From NCBI GenBank assembly GCA_000934665.2, contig JYFJ02002276.1:1-60077 (forward strand): a stretch of DNA of 60,077 nt, given 5' to 3'. How positions within the stretch are numbered: the stretch's first letter is position 1; each line of letters starts with the position of its first letter. A program made the translations under genes and the position numbers. Positions 1 to 10,112 of this stretch are shown here, piece after piece. The notes beneath the pieces are model-generated. The model was not told where the DNA came from. It saw only the letters and a list, made by a program, of their open reading frames with translations, and searched no databases. Source of the DNA: Catajapyx aquilonaris (Eukaryota).

Positions 1-328
1 TTTTGCAGAAGGTGCTCACTTGAGAGCGCCATGAGACATTTCACTCTCCGTTTAACTAGCGACCCTACCGGACTAACGCTGAACTTTATAGGTACAAAAA
101 GGAATCGCTACATGCGGGCACAAAATGACCGCCGGCGACCATGTTGGGTCCACCAGTGTAGCGCTTCCCTTTTGTTAGTTTTGTACCTATAAAGTTCAGC
201 GTTAGTCCGGTAGGGTCGCCAGTTAAACGGAGAGTGAAATGTCTTATGGCGCTCTCAAGTGAGCACCTTCTGCAAAACTCGTCGGCAGGGGGTAGGTGGG
301 AGTGTCCAGACCTTATCTTCTATCTATG
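1..328. mobile_element. Young palindromic MITE, left end outside the window; right terminus reads CATAGATAG on the minus strand (P-element-like CANRG end)
   Basis: Bases 1-99 are the reverse complement of 179-277 with 2 mismatches, and there is a weaker inner pairing of 97-112 with 157-172. The sequence continues to ...TATCTATG at 328. The TSD cannot be checked because the left end is missing, so the right boundary and the superfamily are inferred. Confidence 0.8.
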
Positions 329-1714
329 GCCGTGCTTGGGAGTAAGCTGAACATTGACAAGTGTCCGTATCATTTCCGCGCCGATAGTACATTCTTGGCC
401 TTCACCAGTTACTTGTACTTAAAACAGATCCTGAGCCCCTGAATCATTATTCATATCAGTACAACACCGTATTTTCAGCCATTACCCGTAAGTTCCAACA
501 CATTTGCTTGGCAAAATCCGTCCCTCTCTCGCGCATAATTATTTCCCATTAGTCAAAGGGAAGCTACACAAAATGCAAACGAACCTGACATTCACTGTAA
601 ACCCTCGCCCAAAAATGATGCCTTTCTTTCATGGTCTCAACAGCAGACCTCAACGATAGAGATGATGATCACCGCCCATTTGACATTAATTACCCAGAAT
701 CCACCTCCCTGTCACTGATAGGACTCGGTCAGGACTCCGATAATGAGCTTCTCCCTCCCCCAAATAAAAGTCACTAGTGGTGTATGTACGCGTCTACCAA
801 CGACAATAGATGACTTTTCGCTTCTGGACTTGGAATCCCAGGTTCTCTCTTACCCCCACCTTTTCTCTTTCTCGATTCCTCCTCAGCCAAAAGGTATCTT
901 TTACAACTTAACCTTGTTAGCATGCGAAAGCAGGCCTGCTCGAATCCGGCGAGTCCTTATCCGTAGGCAACAAGAGTGAAGTGGGACGTGAGCTTATGGG
1001 ATTTAACTTGCTTCGATCCCTCCCCCACAGTTATTAATTTTGTCAGTAAGGTCACAGCCCCTGCTTCTAAGCCGGCTCTTCCTAAAACCTTGTATCCTTG
1101 GGTATAGTGTGCATAGGCGGGGGTGGAGATCAATACCCGGTTTTCAGGGGGAGGACCTGCATGGACCATTCGTTTTCCAGTTTCGTCTGGTGTCCTCAGA
1201 CTTTTTCCTCCTATTTTTTTCGCCCCCCCAAAGCCTGGGCTGTATCCAATTAGCTGCACGTTTCATCGCTCCCCTCGCTGCCAATAGAATTAGCCGGACT
1301 AAATTAATCGATAATTAGTCAGAGATGGGTATCTACGTACACTGCAAGCGTTGTTAAATCTCGATTGCCTGAAGTGATGAAACGTTTTGAAATTTTACTC
1401 GTTTTTGGGGGCATTTTGCTTAACAAAGTGAATAATAGTGGGGGTTACTAAAATCGGTGGCTGATCGTGTTGAAAATTGAGTGTAAACCATATGCAAAAA
1501 AAGAGAGAGAGGGTATTTCAACAGTCTCATCCACCAAAAGTGGGCTTTTGGCTGCAGCTCGGCATAATTACTCTTGCTATTATATAGGTATACTGACGAT
1601 TGCTACTTTTCGTTTAAAAGTTTGAATTAACTGATGATACCCTGAGGGAAATGTGCAGAAATCTGATTAGGTCATTTAGTCTAAAGTGGCAATTATTTTA
1701 ACGCATTTATATTG

Positions 1715-1996
1715 TTATTATTGTAACGCGTCATAATATGACATTGTTGTTTCCATTATTATAATGAGTCATAATATTACATTGTTGGTGCCATTATTAT
1801 AATGAGTCATAATATTACATTGTTGGTGCCATTATTATAATGAGTCATAATATGGTATTGTTATTATTGTTTATTTCATGATTATTAGTAATTTTATCCC
1901 TTAAATTTTGTTTGTACTTTTCTTCTAACGTAGTTTTGCTCACATAAGAATATGGTCATAGAAAGGATGCCTTCTAGAATGGAAACATTCCAGAAT
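1715..1996 (-). mobile_element. Decayed dispersed repeat, copy 1 (homologous to 9801-9989); probably a 5'-truncated retroposon
   Basis: 1969-1996 GCCTTCTAGAATGGAAACATTCCAGAAT matches 9962-9989 at 25/28. The upstream blocks TAGTTTTGC..ATAAG.ATA and TTATTATTGT..ATATGA.ATTGTT..TTATTATAA also align colinearly between the two loci. Confidence 0.55.
1730..1863. repeat. AT-rich minisatellite, ~38-bp unit, about 3.5 copies
   Basis: The unit TCATAATATTACATTGTTGGTGCCATTATTATAATGAG is repeated in tandem with few substitutions. Confidence 0.9.
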
Positions 1997-4484
1997 ATAC
2001 GTACATTGTTTACCTTTAGGCATACTTTGATTTCAAAAATATTATGCGCGAAGACACTAAAAATTATTACTATGTCCTGATACACTTTATGAAGCCCATT
2101 TATGATTTTAGTGGCAGTTGTTGATCAAAATGCCAGAATAGTCTACTTGAATCCTAGTTAACGTTTTTCCGGATTCGAGAATTTCCCTTTCAAACTCTAC
2201 AAGATGTTTCTGGAACCCAAAGAACCCAATGTATCGATTCTTCCGGATTAGTCATTTACCGTCTATTTTATAGCTTGAAATTCCACGAATGTTGCAAGCA
2301 TTACAAAAGTCCGCTCAAGGCTTCGTCGTGTTCTCGCGCAATTTTATTGGACCGAAAAAAATTAACTGCCACTCAAATTCGTTATCAAAATGGCCATAAA
2401 CACCCTCGTGCAACACATTTTATGCGCGGACAAATCGTTAAAAGTTGTCGCTGAAAAATTGTAGTACTTGAATCTGTTGCAAAGGCTGCTTTTAGGACAT
2501 CAACTATTCCACCTGTGTGAGCTTCCGGATTGCATTGCGTGATTATCCATCATTCTTCTTCGTCATACAGAGGTAACTACAAGTCAAGGCTGGACTTTAA
2601 TGGATGGGCGTACACTTGCATAAATAGTTAATCTATGTGAAAGCACTTCCTTCCCGAAGGACATGATTTTGCATTGCCTCACTGTATGTTGCGTAGATGA
2701 TATGCCATCGATTTATTTCTAACTAAAATTGCGGTACAAATCTCGTATTTTGGAGGGAGGCCGAATCGAACGCTCTCTTCACTTGCACTTGGCGCAAGAG
2801 ATGTGGAAAATGGGAACAGGTTCCAGAAACAAAGAAGGTTGGGAAAGTTTGAAAAAAAGGAGGCGACCAGCTTTCCTTAGAATCGATTTCCAAATGAGCT
2901 TCGAGGGCTTACGTGAGCCAGCGATTTACGAATCCCGGTGTTTGGGAAACAACGCACGATTCCACCATTTTTTATTCTAATGCTAGAAACGGTCCGTTTT
3001 TCCAGAATTGAAAGGTGTATAATTCTGTGACACACTACCGTCCAACTCATATTTCACTACTTCTATTTATTAAACCCAAGGGTCATTTGTAGACATGAAA
3101 TTCATCAAGATCATAGTCACATTTGGGTCAATATTGAGTTATGAATTGTGAAATACAAGCCAGTTTTCTGTTGGTCGAATCTATTTTATCCTATAGCGAA
3201 ATCACAGATCCGATAGTCTGATTCCTATTATTTGCAAGAGCATTCTTGCAAAAATAACAGCATGAGTGCCCCTTAAATTAATGATCAATTTTCATGCATA
3301 ATATTGTGGTTCCCCCCCCCCCCCACCCGATGGACATTACAAGCGAAAAGATCCTTCCTAATGGACAATAACGCCCATGATCTCTCCTTGAGCACCCATG
3401 TCACGAAATGATTCATTCATCGGAAGCCCATCCCCTCCGTGATTTATACCACAGACATACTGTCTGCCCTGCGATATCCGTGCTACGTAATCTTACTTAC
3501 GACGCCCCCTATTTCACCGGAGTCAGACCTGCATGAAATATGGACGCGGTAATTTTCCTTCGCGATAGTGTACACATTATAGGCCAGCTTTATTTCTTGT
3601 GGCAAAGCGGTGGGGCTCACCGCACAATACCTGCTGATGAAGAAATATCCGTCTTTCCTTTTATTCTCTTCCTTTAATTTTGTGCAGACAAAAAAGAAGA
3701 AAAAAAAGAAAAGAGCAAGGTTTCATCAATCCTGGAGCTTTGTTCTCCTGGTTGATAATTCGGGTTAGCGTCAGTTGGGAGATTCTTGTTTTATTCACGA
3801 GGTGTGTGTCTGGCACAATAAATAACGTACTTTCCCACCTCCCCCACACTCTCCTCTTGTTAAGGCGGTATTAGTAAAATACAGTGTAGAGCTAGGAGAA
3901 GACAAGAGGCCAGATTGCAAAGAGGAGATTTTCTCATCCACCCCACGGGCTCTTGTCTGCGGAAACCTTGGCCAACCAGACTTTACGACGACGGTTAAAT
4001 GCAGAGCAGGACTTTGGGTCGAAACCTGTTGACGCCCGAATCCGGCGACAAAAGATAGGTCTAGCAGCTATAACGTTTGTTCTACGCCAGATTTTAGGCG
4101 TGGTATAATTGCGGTACTGGCGTTAAGGTGTACTAATATTTATATGCTGGGGGCAAATTCGCATTGAAAAGTTCCACTTGGCCCATATTTTATACGGGTT
4201 TTGGAATTAGAGCGCCCGAAATGAGCTCAACGCTTTACACAGGTAATCTGCTGCTTAATGAAGCTTTTCTTCCATTCCCTAATTGTGTTGTTGCGGACGA
4301 GAGAACAGGTTGCGCCGCGGCAGGCTATTTTAAGAGGATTAATAAGAATCGTACATTATGTGAGCCCTGGCGTAGTTCATGATGTCAAATCCCGAAATAC
4401 AATGAAAACCAATATAACCAGGGTAGTAATGCCATCCCATAGCGCAGGAAACTAAAGTTCAAAGCTAGGTAGAAAATAATAATA

Positions 4485-4678
4485 CAGGGTGATCCAACTC
4501 TATGGCATCAACAGTTATTGGAAAAATCGCGCAAGCTGCTTGTTTATAAGCAGGTCGTTGCTAAGAGATACTTTCTAGAGTATCGGAAATAGCACCTCTT
4601 AGCAACGACCTGCTTACAAACAAGCAGCTTGCGCGATTTTTCCAATAACTGTTGGTGCCATAGAGTTGGATCACCCTG
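4485..4678. mobile_element. Tc1/mariner-type MITE (194 bp, almost fully palindromic)
   Basis: Termini are CAGGGTGATCCAACTC...GAGTTGGATCACCCTG. Near-perfect inverted arms of ~85 bp surround a short spacer. TA flanks both ends (4483-4484, 4679-4680). Confidence 0.92.
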
Positions 4679-4934
4679 TATATCCATCAGCATACCGGTA
4701 AGTCGCTCTCTATCCGACGTGAAAGCTGCGTAGAAACACATTGTGTTGCTAATTATTCTGAGCCCCAGTATCAAATTTTCTGACGCTGCCGACCATGCAG
4801 TCCTCCCGTGAGAAAAAGTGCAAAATTGCTATAATCATTACTATGCATGGAAACACCGCAGTTTCTAAACATAACTCCACTAGTTCGGCGTATATTTCAA
4901 AATTCTAATTTCATCGCAAGTGACAAGGTAATAA

Positions 4935-5041
4935 AATATGTTTGTTGCCATTGGGATATTGCATTATGATTAGCCAGTGACAAGGTAATAAAATGTCATT
5001 GGTTAATCATAGTGCAATATCCCAATGGCAACAAACATATT
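4935..5041. repeat. 48-bp-arm inverted repeat (hairpin) with an 11-nt loop
   Basis: 4935-4982 is the reverse complement of 4994-5041 with 3 transition mismatches. The loop is AGGTAATAAAA. Confidence 0.9.
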
Positions 5042-7141
5042 AGATTCCAGTGAGCATTCGTCTGACGCCGCGCCGTTAGAAGGACATGCTCAGGAGGTGT
5101 CTTGTTTACTGAGTTACACTTTTTAATTACATTTATAAAAATGTATATAAATTTACATAATAGCCCCCTATGCCTGTTCCTGTAGGTAGTTTAATTTTTA
5201 GTATTAAAATACATCTTTTTGAGCCTCATATGTGGCGTAACCTCCACAAGGGTAATGTTCAACTGAAACTTCTGTACAGCAGCGCTTATGTACCAATATT
5301 TGCGTGATGATCTATTTAATGTTCGGCTAATGCGAAGACAATGTGGTTAATTTTCTCTTGTTATCCAATCTGCATGTATTTCAAACCCGTAGATTTGGGA
5401 CATGGATTTCATGTTTGCAGGTACAAGCTGTAACCACATTTTACGCGAGGATTTAGATTCACCATCACACTAGTGCACAGTTACTGTTTCTCCAACAAGG
5501 ATGGGTCTGAGCTGTGTTTACCTTGGTCTCAAAATTATGTAGCTTAGGCATATAACCTTATAGTACCAGCAGGGCATGTACGTCCCTTGGACAAATAGGC
5601 AACAATGGCAAAAATTCTATGCATTAAATATCCAAACTATAACGAGAAGAATGGCCTGCAATAGGGCTACATGAATGTAACCGTGTCTAGCCCATTCAAC
5701 TCCCCGTTAGCCGGAGGTTCTGCTGGTCATCCCGAGTTGCAGCCCTGCCCTAACAAAGTTCGCAAAACTTGGACCTGAAGTTAGCCCACCCCAATTCTCT
5801 ACTTCATTAGCGGAACTGGATTCTCGGGAACGGAAAATTTAACCCTCAGTCCGGTATTAACCTTTGTCAGTGCGAAAGGCGGTGTAGGATTAGCGGTCCA
5901 CAAGTAACGACTTCATCCTTTTATCTCCCTGCCGCTATAAAAAATGAATTTGGCAGATTAGGTCCTAATTAGCTTCCATCTTAGTGGGGGGGTGGTAAAA
6001 ATCAATGACGAGAATTCCCTGGAGGGGTTGAAACCCCACCTCTCCCCACCCTCCTCCCCACAAGCCTGGTTGGGGAAAACCCTAGAGAACCTCACACGCT
6101 CGGACTAGCAAAGAGGATGTAGTCAGGGTGGGGAAGAGTGAGGGAGAAGGGGGGGAGGAGGGAGGGTTAAAAAAATTGTGGGTGGGCTTGCCAAATCCCC
6201 GAGATGTCGTTGGGAACCCGCCTCTAGTCATCGCCTACGACGTGACCCAAATGAGCAACCCCTCAGCTTTTGCTTTGACCCGTGGGCACCAATCGATTGC
6301 TGTTCAGCGTGAGAAACAAAAAGCCCCTGGAGTGGAACTGATGACATCAGCATTTGCAACCGTGAAAATACCAGACTTCGGGAGGGAAAATGCTTTGATC
6401 TGAACTTTTTTAACCCGTCGTGTACCCCCCTCCCTCCGATAACTAATTACGATGTAATGTTTTGGCCAAATTTGTTGGAACAAGATGTCAAGTGCTGATA
6501 AATTATTTTGGGAGGGATGTCAGAAATATTTCAGAAGGTGTTTTCAGCACATATTACGTGTCAGTTGTCGCGCTTTTATGATAGGATGCCACGTGAAAGG
6601 GTGGTCATAAATTATTGGGTTCAAAAATACACCCAAAGCATTCCCTTTCATGACAATCCCACTTTAATGGCACCTAATATGCGTGCAGAGCAAACACTGA
6701 CTCCACCATTAAATGCTGAAATTCAATAACAGTCCAATAATGCCGCTTTATTTCTGTAATTTGAAATGCTAAACACTACAGCATGCAAAATGTTATATCA
6801 CAGCTCAAACCAGTGTGATTTTGGATACAAAAATGGCCCAATACACAATATACCTACATTATACGTGCATAATTCTCAGCCGTATATCATATAAGAGCAG
6901 AGCTCATATTTTTAATTATATATAGAGACGGCAACATGTTGGCTAATATAATAGCATTTTAACTGCGATACCAAATGAGGTCCAAAATGATAATTACACC
7001 AGTCAATATGTACTTTATTGCAAATCAGTGACCAAGGGGAATAAACACGCAGTGTGGCAATGTAGAGTAGGACGTTGCGGTATAAAGTTACGTATTTTTT
7101 TATTTAATATACATTGACTTACTCCTTATTGTAACTTTGTG

Positions 7142-7498
7142 GGGAGGTGTGGTGGCCGAGATGGTAACGTACTAACGTCTCGGCTTGCTGAGTGAAAGGC
7201 CCCAGGTTCGATCCCCGCCTGGGGAACCTTCCTTTCGCCTGCATCGGGAGGGTCTCTGACCTGCACCTTGGAGGTGTCTGACAACCTAACCTCCTGGGGA
7301 ACAGCACATGACCCATAGCTACGACATTGCACCTTGCACCCATGTTCCCTCCCCAAAAATCCCTATCCTTTCCCATTGTCCCTCTTTCCTTGCACCGGAG
7401 AATGAAGTGAAAATATATATACAGAAAACTGATGGTGGTATGCCACCCCCTATAGCTCCCGTAAGGGAAATCACGGAGTTAAAAATATATTTAAAAAA
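7142..7498 (+). mobile_element. Full-length tRNA-derived SINE, family A, copy 1
   Basis: Pol III A-box TGGCCGAGATGG (7153-7164) and B-box GGTTCGATCCC (7205-7215), with an A-rich 3' end. The TSD ATTGTAACTTTGTG lies at 7128-7141 and 7499-7512. Homologous along its length to 30183-30544. Confidence 0.93.
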
Positions 7499-7973
7499 AT
7501 TGTAACTTTGTGACAGGTATTACAATAGAGGCGGGAAAACTCGGATTTGATCCCACATAGGCAATATGTGAATGCACGAAATTCCTAGTCTAAATCTACA
7601 ATTAGGCAACGGACCTGTTGTAAGGTATCAAAGCATTATTGGAAAGCATTTAATTGGTAACACATTATAATTAATCCAGTGATGTACAGGCTAAACGGAA
7701 CGTTTCCTTGAATAAAATTATCCACAATTGCATTATCAGCCTAGAGAATCTGGGAGGAAATAATAACCTCATGAAATTTTCTGAGGGAATCTGCATAGTC
7801 CCTGAGAAAATTGGACGATTCGCCGAATACCTATATACTGCTTTCTGTTCTAATATATTACGTATTTGCAGAGGTCATCATAATAATACGCAGAGTGAAA
7901 CACTGCCTCAAGTTACACATCAAGTAATGGAACCGGGTAAAGCAAGCTGCTTACTCCATATAGGTGTGCACGC

Positions 7974-8480
7974 TAGTCCGGGCCCAAAGCGTTTTAACTT
8001 TGCACATTGTGAGAAGAAGTGCCACTTAGCACTCATGTTCCCTAAGCCTATAGGGGCCATTTGAGAGATGGCGCCACCTGATCGGCCCCTTAGGTCAAAA
8101 ATATAATAAACAAAATTGCACGACCACTGAATATACCCCAGTTTCCATAAAAATTCCGCAATTGACAGGTTTTCGTTATACTCAGGGTCCGTTATGGACA
8201 TGTGGCACCTCATTACCTTGTAATACATCGGCAGAGTGGATCTGTATTATTATCTGCCATTCTCATGCGGTTTTATCCCACTTTTATGACATTTCCATGT
8301 TTTGAGCCTCATGGGTTGGCATTCTTGGCAACACCGCATAACTCGTGACCTAAGGGGTCGATCAGGTGGCGCCATCTCTCAAATGTCTCATACAGATCTA
8401 GGGAACATGTGTGCCAAGTGGCACCTTCTTATCACAAAGTGAAAAGTAAGGCCTGATTTTTGCATTTAGGTCCCGGACTA
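7974..8480. mobile_element. MITE with ~125-bp imperfect TIRs and TAG...CTA termini (Academ-like, inferred)
   Basis: Ends are TAGTCCGGG...CCCGGACTA. The arms include CATTTGAGAGATGGCGCCACCTGATCG.CCCCTTAGGTCA and its reverse complement at ~8346-8385. The flanks CGC and TGC fit a 3-bp TSD with one CpG transition. Confidence 0.85.
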
Positions 8481-9800
8481 TGCATAGTGGGACCTACCGG
8501 CCTAAATGCACAATACTGACTGGGTTAACTCTCGCCCAATATTTCTCGATGTGTTTAAAGTAGGCAGTACACATTCACCCTTTAGGCCTACATATAAAAA
8601 AATATCTGGAATGCTCGTCTAAATATAAGAACGGCATTAATATCATGAACGTACATTTTGCCACCTGCTATGTATTAAGCAAATCATTCTGTCACCATAT
8701 TAATAACATGATTTATATTACTGTAACTTAACCGCACGCATCCCACAGGCATAATATTCCAATTAAACTCCGCGTTCGTTCATAACACAGTTTGCGGTAG
8801 CATTCCTCAATGACCGCAAGCGAGTTCCTCGGAAACTGCACTTCGTGGTCAATATTTTTCTTTCGGGAGTTACTTCGTAGCAGCCTCGAACTGTCGATTC
8901 AACAAGCCCTCCGTCAAATATTTGTTCTGCAAACGGCAATGGCCTTCCCCCTACGAACAATACACCAACCTTCTAACGAGAAGAGCCTGTCCTTTTATGC
9001 TTGATTATCCACCAACAGATTTTATAAGATGGTGCTAAGAAAAAAAACCGAGCAAAGTAACGTACAGTGAATCTATTATAGAATAAATGGCAAGTTCTTC
9101 TCTTTTGGTCTTATCTAGTTGGATCAGCTGCGCTGTATGAACTTCGGTGTCAATTTCCGCCTGCAAAGTCTCAACTTCTAACTCATAGAACCAAATGGAA
9201 CCTTATTTGAGGTCCGGCTTCCTCCAAAATGAAAAACAAAAGGAGCTCTAAAAGTCACATTGAATTATGAAAGGCTGGCGAGGAAAGCAAGCGCTTGGGC
9301 TCAATCGGTCCGAGAAAGGCCCAAGAAGAATAATAAAAAGTGAAAAAAAGAACAATGAAGTCTACTCTTTTTTTCTTCCTTTCTTCTGCTTCAGCAATTG
9401 CTGTCCACTTTTCGACACTTCATTCATATCCCGAGTTGATTGCGTTGGGGATAGCAATAAGTTACCCTGGCGATTTAATTACGGGTGGAGATGTCGAGAA
9501 AACATACTTTTTTCTACCTTGAGCAGTGTTTTGCTACAGAGTAAAGGAGAAGCTCTGATTTTGTAGAACCGCAGACACTTAATGGAAGTTAGGTGTCACA
9601 TACAGTACTCTCAGCAAATAGGTCCATGAAAATGTTAGCATCTAATAACTGCCAATTTTTATATCATATCGCTCTAATAGAAAGTTTTTTTCCTAAATAT
9701 TTTTCTTTCTGGGATTTTGTGTAAGTTATTTTTTCATATTGGCATAATAATCATAACAACAATAATAATAATATTAAGCTCAATAATATTGTCATCATCA

Positions 9801-10112
9801 TTATTATTGTGACGTATTATATGATATTGTTATTGCCCTTATTATAACGCATGATAACGTTATAGTGTTGTTATTATTCCTCAGTATTATTCTATTACTG
9901 TATTTTATTACTCTTATTATAGGTTTTGCATAAATAAGGATAGATATTACTAGAGAAGGGCGCCTTCTTGAACGGAAACATTCCAGCATTACTACTGGTG
10001 GAACCTATGGAAACCATGCGATGACCCAGTTAGGATGGTCGGCCGCCGCGCCGGTATACCTCTCGAATGACAACCTGAAAGCCTATACACAAAACAAGAC
10101 TACCACAGTTCC
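9801..10112 (-). mobile_element. Decayed SINE-like element with a core related to the SINE at 57480-57784, followed by an AT-rich tail shared with 1715-1996
   Basis: The plus-strand string GGAAACATTCCAGCATT..TGG..TATGGAAACCA..GTTAGGATGGTCGG..CCTCTCGAATG parallels CGGTAACGACCCCGGAATT..ATGGGAAACCAC..GTCAGGGTCGCCGG..CCTCCCGATT in family C. The B-box is not intact and I found no TSD. Confidence 0.55.

Noticed and set aside
1730..1863. CRISPR-like array interpretation of the 38-bp repeat
   Set aside because: The units are directly tandem with no unique spacers, there are no cas genes, and the context is eukaryotic.
2085..2400. Weak inverted similarity (TTTTAGTGGCAGTT versus AACTGCCACTCAAA) suggesting an old MITE
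   Set aside because: It is too short and degenerate to define termini or a TSD.
3998..4035. Hammerhead-like GAC-tttgg-GTC-GAAAC
   Set aside because: The upstream core reads CAGAGCA rather than CTGANGA, and there is no stem I partner.
7142..7225. tRNA gene call for the SINE heads (also at 30544, 46401, 57784 and 57995)
   Set aside because: There is no complete cloverleaf or acceptor stem. In the four intact copies the heads run into SINE bodies bounded by TSDs.
9101..9140. Resemblance to miR-9 (TCTTTTGGTCTTATCTAG...GCTGTATGA)
   Set aside because: The match is interrupted by insertions, the seed is altered, and there is no complementary star arm nearby.
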